A DNA stretch of 64,000 nt from Bacillales bacterium UBA6120 (GTDB lineage: Bacteria > Bacillota_I > Bacilli_A > RFN20 > CAG-826): contig DIVY01000024.1 in the NCBI GenBank assembly GCA_002422535.1, positions 20,904-84,903 of the forward strand. The letters run 5' to 3'. The number at the start of each line of letters is the position of its first letter. Within the stretch, counting starts at the first letter, position 1. Positions 10,313-19,792 of the stretch are shown one piece after another. A program made the translations under genes and the position numbers. Under the pieces are notes generated by a model. It had not been told where the DNA came from, searched no databases, and saw nothing but the letters and a program-made list of their open reading frames with translations.

Positions 10313-10729
10313 TTATTTTTCTTCAGGTTCTTTTTTATCGACGACAAGGGTTTTGGTTTTTTGACGCAATTTTTCGGAAGTAACCGCCACCTTAACAATG
10401 ATGAAGAGGACAATACCAATGATTAGAAAATCGATAATCGTTTGAATGAAATTACCATAGGTGAGGCGAATCGGAGCGATGGACCAGCCACTTGGCGGTA
10501 GGAAGGAATCGGGATCTTCAAGTGGATTATTAGGCGTGCCATCACGAAGGGTAAAGTACCATTGCTTGATGTCGGTGCGGACAATCCATGATATCAAGGG
10601 CATCAGGATATCGTTGACAAGACTGCTAACAATTTTTGCAAAGGCGGCCCCAATGATGACACCAACGGCAAGGTCAAGCACATTACCTTTTAGAATAAAG
10701 GCTTTGAATTCAATCAATAATTTTTTCAT
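10313..10729 (-). CDS. mscL: Large-conductance mechanosensitive channel
   Basis: MKKLLIEFKAFILKGNVLDLAVGVIIGAAFAKIV.. is canonical MscL. The start is taken at the second ATG (10729); the listed ORF begins at 10741. Confidence 0.9.
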   Translation of the reverse strand: MKKLLIEFKAFILKGNVLDLAVGVIIGAAFAKIVSSLVNDILMPLISWIVRTDIKQWYFTLRDGTPNNPLEDPDSFLPPSGWSIAPIRLTYGNFIQTIIDFLIIGIVLFIIVKVAVTSEKLRQKTKTLVVDKKEPEEK

Positions 10730-10870
10730 ATGGTTCTCCAACGCTATGCAAATAGAGCGCGATGTCTTTATATTATAAGCAAATCAACCACTATTTGGAG
10801 CCACAATTGGTTCTTCGGTTGCAAGTTGGCCCGATTTTTGATATATATTTCATCATATAGAGGTGGATAA

Positions 10871-11725
10871 ATGAACAAAATTAAGTTGATTACCGATTCG
10901 ACTTCTGATTTGCGTCGCGAGACTTATGAACAATACGATATCGAAGTTGTGTCGCTATTAGTCAATTTTGGCGAAGAGTCATTCCGCGATTTAGTCGATA
11001 TCGACTTGAAACAATTGTATGCTCGCTGCGAAAACAAAAAAGAGTTCCCTAAGACCTCTTCGGTGCCGCCACAAGTATTTGTTGACATTTTCAATAAATA
11101 TTTAGATCAAGGGTACGATATTTTCTTTGTGGGCATTGGAAAAGAATTATCGCTCACTTATAACGCCGCTAACATGGCGCTAAAAGAAATCAATCGTGGC
11201 AAAATTCGCATTGTCGATAGCGCTAACTTGTCGTCAGCTTCGGGGCTATTGCTAATACGGGCGGCCGAACTTCGCGAGCAAGGCAAAAATGTCGATGAAA
11301 TTGCCGATGAAATCGAACGGTTATCGCACCATCTTCATGTATATTTTGCCGTTGAAAATCTTGAGTTCCTGTACCGAGGCGGACGCGTCAGCGCCGGAAA
11401 GTATTTTCTAGGCACGATGATTCACGCGCACCCCATTATCAAAGTAAGCAATGGAAAACTAAGCGTTTATAAAACTCCGAAAGGAAAAATGGTCAAAGCG
11501 CTTGATGAAATGCTTAATGAATTCTATCGCATTGGGCCCGACAAAATCGATTTGGGTCACGTGATGATTACGCATGCCTTTGCCGATGATAGCGCCGCTT
11601 ATATCAAGAAAAAACTAATGGAAATGGGTATTCCCGAAAATAACATTTATATTTCTATGGCCGGCTCCGTTATTGGTACCCACTGCGGGCCCAATACTAT
11701 TGGAATCCTCTTCATCGAAAAGTAA
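10871..11725 (+). CDS. DegV family fatty-acid-binding protein
   Basis: 284 aa; IKLITDSTSDL N-terminus and DegV-type length and pattern. Confidence 0.9.
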   Translation: MNKIKLITDSTSDLRRETYEQYDIEVVSLLVNFGEESFRDLVDIDLKQLYARCENKKEFPKTSSVPPQVFVDIFNKYLDQGYDIFFVGIGKELSLTYNAANMALKEINRGKIRIVDSANLSSASGLLLIRAAELREQGKNVDEIADEIERLSHHLHVYFAVENLEFLYRGGRVSAGKYFLGTMIHAHPIIKVSNGKLSVYKTPKGKMVKALDEMLNEFYRIGPDKIDLGHVMITHAFADDSAAYIKKKLMEMGIPENNIYISMAGSVIGTHCGPNTIGILFIEK

Positions 11726-11731
11726 GTAAAT

Positions 11732-11766
11732 AAAAAGCACTTCTTACTGGTCTGAAGTGCTTTTTT
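11732..11766. terminator. Bidirectional rho-independent terminator (DegV / pmbA convergent)
   Basis: aaaaagcacttc-ttactggtct-gaagtgcttttt, flanked by an A-run and a T-run. Confidence 0.7.
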
Positions 11767-11773
11767 GTTGCAA

Positions 11774-13102
11774 TTATTTTCCCGAAACAGCTAATTTTTT
11801 GATTAATATGCTTGGTGAACTAATTGAAGATAATTGTAGCTCTCTATCGTTAGCGATATCAGAAATATCGAGAAATAAGTCTTTCAAATTTCCAGCTATT
11901 GTAATGAGATTAACAGCTCGTGATATTTTGCCAGATTCAATTAAAAATCCCGATGCTTGTAATGAGAAGTCGCCTGATTGCGCGTTAAGACCGGCGTGCA
12001 AACCTTGCACTTCTTTAATTAATACGCCTTCTTTGACGTTTGAAATCATGGCATCAACCGATTTTTTCCCAGGCTTTACCGATAAGTTGACATAGCTCGT
12101 GGCGATGCGACCACTACCGCCACGATAACCATTACCGGTGGACCTTACTCCATCATTGTGAGCGGTCAACAGGTTATAAAAATATGTAGAAAGCATGCCT
12201 TTTTCAATAATCGTTTTATTGTAGGTGGCCACTCCTTCATCGTCAAAGTAACGGAAGAAGCAATTCTTATTTAAAGGAGTTTCACTTACCGTTAGCTTTT
12301 TACTAGCGACGAGTTGATGTAATTTTCCGGCAAGAAGCGAGGATTTCTTTTGGACTTGTTCGGCATCGGCCCCTTCAAGGTAGGCATCAAGAAGGGAAGC
12401 GGCAACTTTAGGACTCAAGACGACTGGATATTTCTTGCTTGGCAATGGAGCGGCTCCAATTTTTCCAAGCGCTTCATTAACTAAGGCTTTCACAAAATCA
12501 TCAATGATGAAATTAGACGGGTCGTTTGATAAATGAATTTTGTAGGCTGACCGTGTCGCTTCGCCATCTTTGACGAGGACGCTCGCATAGTAATAGAAGT
12601 AGTTGGACTTGCTCTTTAAATCAAGTCCGTATGAATTTAAGAGATGAACCTCACCATCTGACTCCGAATACGACACGCTTTCGACTTCGCTGATGCGAGG
12701 GTCGGCCGCTTTAAGTTTTTTCTCGATTTCATAAAGGTTAGCGAGTTTCTTGTCGACTGATAAGGTGCGAATCTCTTGATTATAAACATTGCCCTTATGG
12801 TATTTAGGCGAGCCAGGAAATAGAATTGCCGGATCGTCTTTATCAACGGCTTTGGCATTATCGATCACATGCGCAATAACAAAATCGGGGGCAGATTTGT
12901 CGAGTTTTTCGGTCGCGGCATAGCCGATTTTGCCACCATATATGCCACGGGCAGATAATGATTGGGCATCCTCGAGGGAATAGGAATCCACTTCACTATG
13001 AAAGAGACTGAAACTGAGTGCATAATGCTTTGAAACATAAAGTTCCAACGCTTCGATGCCGCGTTCTTTAGCGAGATCAAAATACTTTGAATACTTAGCC
13101 AT
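11774..13102 (-). CDS. pmbA: PmbA/TldE metallopeptidase partner subunit
   Basis: TldD/PmbA family fold without the HExxxH site. The start is set at ATG 13102, preceded by AAGGAGG at 8 nt, and overlaps the tldD stop by 8 nt. Confidence 0.85.
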   Translation of the reverse strand: MAKYSKYFDLAKERGIEALELYVSKHYALSFSLFHSEVDSYSLEDAQSLSARGIYGGKIGYAATEKLDKSAPDFVIAHVIDNAKAVDKDDPAILFPGSPKYHKGNVYNQEIRTLSVDKKLANLYEIEKKLKAADPRISEVESVSYSESDGEVHLLNSYGLDLKSKSNYFYYYASVLVKDGEATRSAYKIHLSNDPSNFIIDDFVKALVNEALGKIGAAPLPSKKYPVVLSPKVAASLLDAYLEGADAEQVQKKSSLLAGKLHQLVASKKLTVSETPLNKNCFFRYFDDEGVATYNKTIIEKGMLSTYFYNLLTAHNDGVRSTGNGYRGGSGRIATSYVNLSVKPGKKSVDAMISNVKEGVLIKEVQGLHAGLNAQSGDFSLQASGFLIESGKISRAVNLITIAGNLKDLFLDISDIANDRELQLSSISSPSILIKKLAVSGK

Positions 13103-14495
13103 TAAGCGATCCTCCTTGGCCACCGACCGTGATTTCGCTTACGCGAATCGTAGGTTGTCCCACATCGACTGGGATACTGCCCGATACCGAACCGCACATT
13201 CCTTGCGCACGGAGCAAGTCGTTTCCAACCATGTCGATTTTCTTCAAAATGTCAGCGCCATTGCCAATTAATGTAGCGCCTTTTACTTGTTCGGCAACTT
13301 TGCCATCTCGAATCATGTAAGCTTCTGAAACCGAAAAGTTAAAATCGCCGGTGGCGGGATCAACCGAACCTCCGCCAAGGGATTTGGCATATAGACCAAA
13401 TTTTGTCGCGCCGATAATTTCTTCCGGTGTTGAATGACCATTATCGATATAGGTGTTGCTCATCCGCGAGGTGGGTTCATATTTGTAACTTTGACGCCGG
13501 GTGGCCCCATTCCCTTTAACACCCATACGACGGCCATTGAAATCATCGACAAGATATTGTTGTAAAATGCCGTTTTTAATCAAAACATTCTTTTGGGTTT
13601 TGTGACCCTCATCATCAATGGTGCCTGATCCCCAGGCGTTAGGAATTGTGCCATCATCAATCGCGGTAACGACAGGATTGGCAATTTGTTGACCGACTTT
13701 ATCGGTGAAGACTGATAGTTTTTTAGCCACCGAAGTAGCTTCTAATGGATGGCCGCATGCTTCGTGGAAGATGACTCCACCAAAACCATTGCCAATAACG
13801 ACGGGCATTTTGCCACTTGGGCAAGGCGCGGCGTGGAGCAGTTTGATTGCGCTTTTGGCAACCTCTAGCGCTTTGGCTTTATAATCAATCGTTTTCGTGA
13901 AAAATTCAAATCCTGACGAAGCTCCGGGACCTTCAAACGAAGTTTCAATTTTACCGTTTTCAGCGGCGAGTGCCACGAAGGCCATTCGGCCTCGTTGGCG
14001 GTCATCGCGGAATTCTTTTCCGTTTGAATTGAAGATGTAAACTTTCTTATCGTTATCCATCAACATTGTTTGGACGCGAACGAGACGTTTGTCATAGTTT
14101 CGAATAATGTCATTTGCATCTTTTAACAAGGCCATCTTTTCTGAAGTTGGAACCTCATTGAAGGGGCGTTCAATTAGATGAATATTGTTGACGCGCCCTT
14201 TCTTAAGGGTCGTGACCGTTACTTTACGCGGTTCATTAAACGATTTAGACAACGATTCTGCCAAAGCCGATAAGCCTTTTAGCGACACATCGTTGGTGTA
14301 ACCATACACACTTTGAAGTTTGTTCAAAATGCGGATGCCGGCACCATAGGATAAATTACTCGTGGAAGTTTCCACTTGTCCATTTTCTAATGACAGCGAA
14401 TTGGAAGTCGTTTCTTCAAGATAAATTTCTGAAAAATCGGCTCCCGTCGCCAAGGCGATGTTTAATACCTTTAAAGCGATTGATTTAGAAATCAT
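13095..14495 (-). CDS. tldD: TldD metallopeptidase
   Basis: Contains the HEACGH metal motif (..GGVIFHEACGHPLEA..); 466 aa. Confidence 0.9.
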   Translation of the reverse strand: MISKSIALKVLNIALATGADFSEIYLEETTSNSLSLENGQVETSTSNLSYGAGIRILNKLQSVYGYTNDVSLKGLSALAESLSKSFNEPRKVTVTTLKKGRVNNIHLIERPFNEVPTSEKMALLKDANDIIRNYDKRLVRVQTMLMDNDKKVYIFNSNGKEFRDDRQRGRMAFVALAAENGKIETSFEGPGASSGFEFFTKTIDYKAKALEVAKSAIKLLHAAPCPSGKMPVVIGNGFGGVIFHEACGHPLEATSVAKKLSVFTDKVGQQIANPVVTAIDDGTIPNAWGSGTIDDEGHKTQKNVLIKNGILQQYLVDDFNGRRMGVKGNGATRRQSYKYEPTSRMSNTYIDNGHSTPEEIIGATKFGLYAKSLGGGSVDPATGDFNFSVSEAYMIRDGKVAEQVKGATLIGNGADILKKIDMVGNDLLRAQGMCGSVSGSIPVDVGQPTIRVSEITVGGQGGSLNG

Positions 14496-14607
14496 AAAGG
14501 AACTCCTTAATTTAAATTAGTGCCGTCATTATAACATAATGAAACCGATTGAGAGTTTGATTGACTTTTAAATTCAGGTTTTTGATTTATATAATTGTTG
14601 GGTTTCT

Positions 14608-15222
14608 TTGATGGTTTTGCCCCATAATAAAGACATGGAAAATATTGAACATATTAAACGTTTAAATGACCAGTTAATTGAAAAACGCCTTGTGTGGACC
14701 AAAAGCGATTATGCGCTTCTATCGGGCAAGGGAACAGTTCACGGAAGAATGCTTGGCTTTCTTTCCACGGGTGCGGCTAATCGTGAAAAATTATGGAAAC
14801 AAGGACGCATAATTTTTGGGTATGGCTACAAGACTTATACCGACCGCGATTTTACACGCCCATATCTGGTCTGGGTGCTATTCTCTCCCATGTCCATTTT
14901 TGAAACGGAACCGCAGCGGTACGAAAAGGTATTCGCATCACTCCAACCATTAATTTCACAAGAGAAGGGACCATTCACAAACCGTAAATTAACGTATGCG
15001 TTAACGAGCCCTTTAACCGAAGCTAAATATTATCAGATCCCCGAACAATTCACTGACGGAAAATTAATATACGTTTCCGCGATGTATGTGTATCCCGATA
15101 TTCACGATCAAATCGTGCTTGGAATAATTCCCATTATCATTGCTCCCGATATTAGTAAAGAAATAATGCCCGTTCCTGAAGCATTTTTAAGCAATCAATT
15201 CGACCATAAAATGAATATTTAA
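14608..15222 (+). CDS. Hypothetical protein
   Basis: 204-aa ORF with no overlap with neighbours. No motif recognised and the start is uncertain (TTG 14608, ATG 14611 or 14635). Confidence 0.45.
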   Translation: MMVLPHNKDMENIEHIKRLNDQLIEKRLVWTKSDYALLSGKGTVHGRMLGFLSTGAANREKLWKQGRIIFGYGYKTYTDRDFTRPYLVWVLFSPMSIFETEPQRYEKVFASLQPLISQEKGPFTNRKLTYALTSPLTEAKYYQIPEQFTDGKLIYVSAMYVYPDIHDQIVLGIIPIIIAPDISKEIMPVPEAFLSNQFDHKMNI

Positions 15223-15406
15223 CTTGATTCATATTCATATAAATAAAACAATGCACATTGATGATTTTAATAATGATAACTACTAGTTTTTTACTAAATG
15301 ATTAACCATTAAAAAACCCTTTGAAAAGTCTTTGCATTTTAAAAAACGCTTGCATTATTATGTAACTAGATATTGGGCCACGAGCCCTGACAAAAAGAGA
15401 GAGCGT

Positions 15407-18130
15407 ATGAAAAATAATCGAAAACGACTAACTATTATCTTTTCGTCTTTCTTTGCTACCGCGATGCTTGTTTCCACAATCTCATTTTCGCCCCAAGACG
15501 TTGACGCGCTTGGAGGAATCGCCATTACTTCAGCGACCAACATCAACCTTAATAATCTTGATGATGCTGCTGTAAACTCCTATTACACAGGTGTTTCGGG
15601 ACTTTCAGGGACAACCTTAAAAGGTGAACTTCACGAAATTGTTGACGATCACTATGCCTATTCCTACACGAAAACCCCCGATATCATGCGCGTCACTGAT
15701 CGCGATTGGGGCTTATCTCCGGCATCTCCTGACGCCAATGGATATCAAACATTTGATTTACTGGCCGACGATCCATATATGAATCTTCTATATGGCCAAT
15801 ATAATGGGTCAGTTTCTACAGCGTATCTTTGGTCGGCCGATCATACCACAATTTGGAATAAAGAACATACGTGGGCAAAATCACACGGAGACTTTGGCGA
15901 AACGGCACCGGCTGGTACCGATTTACACCATCTACGGGCATCCGATCAAAACAATAACCTTTATCACAGTAACTATGATTTTGGCGTCGTCAGCACGGTC
16001 ACGGCGATTGTAAATGACGAAAGGGGAAACCCTTCGGGCAAAGTTGGCTACGCGTCTGGATTCACCGCTGATAAAGTCTATGAACCGCGCGACGAAGACA
16101 AAGGCGATGTTGCTCGGATGATTTTCTATATGGCGACACGCTACACCGAATATTTATCAATCGGCGAGCCGATGTTACGTATAATTGATGAGTTAAGCCT
16201 CTCAATTACAGTTACCTCAAGCACGACCGTTTATGGCGAAATGGGCATCTTATCGCATCTCCTCGCTTGGAACGATTCGGACCCAGTATCCGAATATGAG
16301 ATACATCGTAATAACCTTATTTATAATAATTTCCAAGGCAACCGAAATCCTTATATCGACCACCCCGAATGGGTCGATATCGTCTATGATCCAACATACG
16401 CTGGACCAGGAGCCTCAATCGAACCAGGGTCAAGTTCTGTTGGTGCTGGCACGACGCCAACCGCTCCTTTAAGTTCAATCGCAGTTGATATTACGAATGC
16501 CGATACTTCCTACTATGTGGGAGAAACATTCTCGACTTCCGGACTAATTGTCATTGCCACCTATACCGATGCTTCAAGCGGATTGGTCACTGGATTTATC
16601 ACTTCGCCCGCTGATGGAGCGATTCTTGATACGATCGGCACACAGGCAATCAATGTGTCATATACGAAAGATGGAGTAACCAAAACCACAAGTTATCAAG
16701 TTCAAGTGGAAGAAGTTCCAATCGTGACGACAGATACAGTCAGTATTACCTCGACAAATGTGCCGGGGATTACCACGGCAGCTTACGCGCTTGATCCAGT
16801 TACTTATACCGAAGCAACCACGGGATTATCATTCACCTATTACAAAATGATGAAACGGTCCTCAACTAGCCTTGATCTCCAATGTCAGGGGGGCACCTTC
16901 TATCTATTCAATAATTCATCGATGGCAAATATTAAATCTTTAACACTGACTTATTCAGTCGCTCCGCTCAATAACTTTATGGTAAGAGGCGGCACTTCCA
17001 TCAATCCAACCGCGGGCACGATTATTACCCCGAACATAAATGGTTTAGTTTACACATACAACTTCGCAATCGGTTCATTCCCGTATTTTACGATTACGTA
17101 TGCGATTAACGTTTCTTATGTAACCAGTTTTGTGTTTGAATTTGGAACGGAATCAACTCCTCCCGTGACGCTTTCAAGCATTGAAGCGACACCTGATCAA
17201 ACCGAAACGGTTTTTGCTGTCAATGATCTATTTACATACACCAACTTAAATGTTGTCGCCACTTATAGTGATAGCAGCACCGAAACCATTACTTCTTATA
17301 GCGTTTCCGCTCCTTCGATGACCACGAGCGGGGCAAAAACAGTTACGGTCACTTATCTTGATAAAACAGATTCCTATGTGATTCATGTTTGTGCCCTAAC
17401 ATCGCTTAGCGTGACTCCGACGGTTACTAGCATTTCTGTTGGAACAACTTATAGTGACCCGGGAATTACGGGCATAGCTATTTTCTCTGATGGAACGGAA
17501 AGTTTCACCAAATCACTTACAGCTTCCAACATTTCACTGTCAAATGTCGATACATCAACGACCGGCACCAAGAATGTTACGGCTACATATACATATAACG
17601 GGATGACGGCAACAGCCAACTTCTCGATTTCAGTCGTCGCCCCCGTCGAAACCGCCTCTTGGGGACATACGTTCACCACGATTTCTGAATTCACTTCGGC
17701 TTATAACAAGAAACCCTATACAAGCTACACTTTAACGGATTCCACCGGCGTTACAGGTTCAGTCACTTGGTCGTATTTATTTACGGCGGCTACCAAAAAG
17801 TACTACGCTGGCTACGATTCCATCAAAGGGGTACAGCTTGGTAGTGAAGCCGCTTCCTATAAAGCCATTCAGTTATCTTCACAAACATCATATTCTAATG
17901 TGACAAAGATTGTGGTGGAAACTAGCGGCGCCGCCTCCATCGCGGGGACTTTAAAGGCCTATATCGATTCCACCAGCAGTCAATTTGGCGCTACCTATAC
18001 ATTAACCGCGACGAACACCGCCGTTACATTTACGAGCACTTCAGGGATGAGCGGCATTCCCATTCTTGCTTGGTCACAAACGTCCGCCAAGGCTTTCTAC
18101 ATTAAATCGATCACGATTTATACAACCTAA
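15407..18130 (+). CDS. Secreted/surface endonuclease I family nuclease with Ig-like repeat domains
   Basis: ATG 15407 follows a purine-rich stretch (aaaaagagagag) and gives a signal peptide (..LTIIFSSFFATAMLVSTISFSPQDVDA). Endonuclease I motifs are present: EHTWAKSHG, DLHHLRASDQNNN, GNRNPYIDHPEW. At least three Ig-like modules follow (..GTQAINVSYTKDGV.., ..SGAKTVTVTYLDK.., ..GTKNVTATYTYNG..). Confidence 0.75.
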   Translation: MKNNRKRLTIIFSSFFATAMLVSTISFSPQDVDALGGIAITSATNINLNNLDDAAVNSYYTGVSGLSGTTLKGELHEIVDDHYAYSYTKTPDIMRVTDRDWGLSPASPDANGYQTFDLLADDPYMNLLYGQYNGSVSTAYLWSADHTTIWNKEHTWAKSHGDFGETAPAGTDLHHLRASDQNNNLYHSNYDFGVVSTVTAIVNDERGNPSGKVGYASGFTADKVYEPRDEDKGDVARMIFYMATRYTEYLSIGEPMLRIIDELSLSITVTSSTTVYGEMGILSHLLAWNDSDPVSEYEIHRNNLIYNNFQGNRNPYIDHPEWVDIVYDPTYAGPGASIEPGSSSVGAGTTPTAPLSSIAVDITNADTSYYVGETFSTSGLIVIATYTDASSGLVTGFITSPADGAILDTIGTQAINVSYTKDGVTKTTSYQVQVEEVPIVTTDTVSITSTNVPGITTAAYALDPVTYTEATTGLSFTYYKMMKRSSTSLDLQCQGGTFYLFNNSSMANIKSLTLTYSVAPLNNFMVRGGTSINPTAGTIITPNINGLVYTYNFAIGSFPYFTITYAINVSYVTSFVFEFGTESTPPVTLSSIEATPDQTETVFAVNDLFTYTNLNVVATYSDSSTETITSYSVSAPSMTTSGAKTVTVTYLDKTDSYVIHVCALTSLSVTPTVTSISVGTTYSDPGITGIAIFSDGTESFTKSLTASNISLSNVDTSTTGTKNVTATYTYNGMTATANFSISVVAPVETASWGHTFTTISEFTSAYNKKPYTSYTLTDSTGVTGSVTWSYLFTAATKKYYAGYDSIKGVQLGSEAASYKAIQLSSQTSYSNVTKIVVETSGAASIAGTLKAYIDSTSSQFGATYTLTATNTAVTFTSTSGMSGIPILAWSQTSAKAFYIKSITIYTT

Positions 18131-18151
18131 AATTGATGTCTATAAATAACA

Positions 18152-18175
18152 AAAGTCGGTCCAAGGGCCGACTTT
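18152..18175. terminator. Hairpin between convergent genes
   Basis: aaagtcgg-tccaaggg-ccgacttt. Confidence 0.55.
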
Positions 18176-18205
18176 ATCGTTTTGATTGAGCGAAGAATTT
18201 ATTAG

Positions 18206-18877
18206 TTATTCTTTGTCCATTAAGTGATGGAAAATCCGTTTGATATCTTTTGGATTTAAAAACGGATACAGGCGATCGACATTCAAATTGGGATATTTTC
18301 CTTCAAGGTATTGATCAACAAGACCAGAAAGCGCTTTTTCACTGACGAAGGGAACAATCGCGCTGATGTAACGCTCTAGTTCTTTTGTGGTCAGCGCTTT
18401 TTTAAACACTTCATCACAATCCGCTTCACTGAGAAATGGCATAATTGCCGGAAGTTTTAACTTGGCAAACTTCGGGTCGGAATCCAAGTATTTTTGCATA
18501 ATTTCATGAACATCGTCCTCGTCCATAAAGGGCAGAATTCTCATGAGTTTCGACGTTTCGGGATCATCATCCTCATCGGTAAAGGAGAATGTTTTTCCCA
18601 AATGTCGCATGTGAGGACGAATGCTGCGATTAATATCATTTTTAATTCTTTGAGTGAATTCAAACATCGATCCCCGGCCATGACGACCTTCGCGTTCTTT
18701 TTCTTTCTCTTTCTCCTCTTCTTTTTCCTCATCTAACGCTTCATCGATATCTTCATCATCGTCATCTTCGTCGACGTGGATGAATTCATCGTCATTTTTA
18801 GAAGCTTCTTTGGCTTCTTCGGGTGTTAGTTTTACATAAATTTCTTGACCATCTTTTATAATTTTCTTTAAGATCAT
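18206..18877 (-). CDS. Highly acidic protein with four P-F-[MLV] repeats, function unknown
   Basis: D/E/K-rich N-terminal half, then the repeats ILPFMDEDDVHEIM, IMPFLSEADCDEVF, IVPFVSEKALSGLV and LYPFLNPKDIKRIF. Its start lies 1 nt after the upstream XRE gene's stop. Confidence 0.55.
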   Translation of the reverse strand: MILKKIIKDGQEIYVKLTPEEAKEASKNDDEFIHVDEDDDDEDIDEALDEEKEEEKEKEKEREGRHGRGSMFEFTQRIKNDINRSIRPHMRHLGKTFSFTDEDDDPETSKLMRILPFMDEDDVHEIMQKYLDSDPKFAKLKLPAIMPFLSEADCDEVFKKALTTKELERYISAIVPFVSEKALSGLVDQYLEGKYPNLNVDRLYPFLNPKDIKRIFHHLMDKE

Positions 18878-18878
18878 G

Positions 18879-19322
18879 TTATTTCCCTCCCAGGAACTTT
18901 TTTTCTGATAACGATAAACGTGATTCGAGCTCTTGAAAATCGACTTCTAATTTTCCATCGCGAATTTCGCGCAGAATCAATAAGCGCTCAGAGGGTGACA
19001 TTTGATACAGAACATTGGGAAGATCAACCTTTAATGCGCCACTTGTAATTTTCTTGATGATGAATTGACGACTATGGCCCGCGAAGATGTTGTCCGGATC
19101 AATCATTGGGGTTTCGTCGAGACAAAGAATTTCATCAAATGTCGCATTTAGGTGTCGCGATAACAGCACGAGCATATCTAATGTTGGAACCGAAATGCCA
19201 GTTTCCCATTTAGATAGCGCTTGCCGCGTGATAAATAGCTTATCCGCCAATTGTTCTTGCGATAGATTGGCATTGCGACGCAGTGCCGATATTTTATTGC
19301 CGACTTGGACTGAATCAATCAT
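18879..19322 (-). CDS. XRE family helix-turn-helix transcriptional regulator
   Basis: N-terminal HTH_3 pattern: ..ISALRRNANLSQEQLADKLFITRQALSKWETG.. Confidence 0.8.
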   Translation of the reverse strand: MIDSVQVGNKISALRRNANLSQEQLADKLFITRQALSKWETGISVPTLDMLVLLSRHLNATFDEILCLDETPMIDPDNIFAGHSRQFIIKKITSGALKVDLPNVLYQMSPSERLLILREIRDGKLEVDFQELESRLSLSEKKFLGGK

Positions 19323-19433
19323 CTTTTTCCCTCACCATCATGTTAAAGGACCGTAGTAACGAATACACGCAACGCGCAGTTGCACTTGCTTCCATCTTAT
19401 TATGGATGAATTTATGGTTGAAAATGGTTTCCA

Positions 19434-19462
19434 TTGATATTTATGTACTTAGATGATATTAT
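19434..19462 (+). promoter_or_regulatory. Sigma-70 type promoter for rpmE
   Basis: TTGATA (19434-19439), 17-nt spacer, TATTAT (19457-19462), with TG at 19454-19455 (extended -10). Confidence 0.5.
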
Positions 19463-19517
19463 TTCATCGCAACTTACTTTAGGCCCACTTGAGGCTTAAG
19501 GCGGAAGGAGACAACGT

Positions 19518-19733
19518 ATGAAAAAAGGCATTCACCCCAAGTACTCCAAAGTGACCGTTACCTGCGTCACCTGCGGTACCACATTCGAAACGGGCTCAAC
19601 ACTCAAAGAAGTTCGTGTTGACACGTGTTCCAATTGCCACCCATTCTTCACTGGTAAACAACGGTTTACGCAAGCTGATGGCCGGGTCGATCGTTTCAAC
19701 AAAAAGTACGGTCTTAACCAAGACAAGAAATAA
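19518..19733 (+). CDS. rpmE: 50S ribosomal protein L31 (Zn-ribbon type A)
   Basis: MKKGIHPKY.., CxxC...CxxC (C16, C19, C37, C40); AAGGAG RBS. Confidence 0.95.
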   Translation: MKKGIHPKYSKVTVTCVTCGTTFETGSTLKEVRVDTCSNCHPFFTGKQRFTQADGRVDRFNKKYGLNQDKK

Positions 19734-19751
19734 GTACAAACAAGTGAAGAT

Positions 19752-19773
19752 ACCGCCGTCAACGGCGGTTTTT
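19752..19773 (+). terminator. Rho-independent terminator of rpmE
   Basis: accgccg-tcaa-cggcggt followed by ttttt. Confidence 0.85.
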
Positions 19774-19792
19774 CATTTATAATGGTGATATT

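Noticed and set aside
11757-12095. Plus-strand ORF 11757..12095
   Set aside because: It starts inside the DegV/pmbA terminator and runs antisense to the conserved pmbA coding sequence.
486-19792. T-box leaders upstream of serS and metG
   Set aside because: Only 10 nt separate serS from the upstream stop. The 59 nt before metG are occupied by the rpmE terminator, so there is no room for a ~200-nt T-box.
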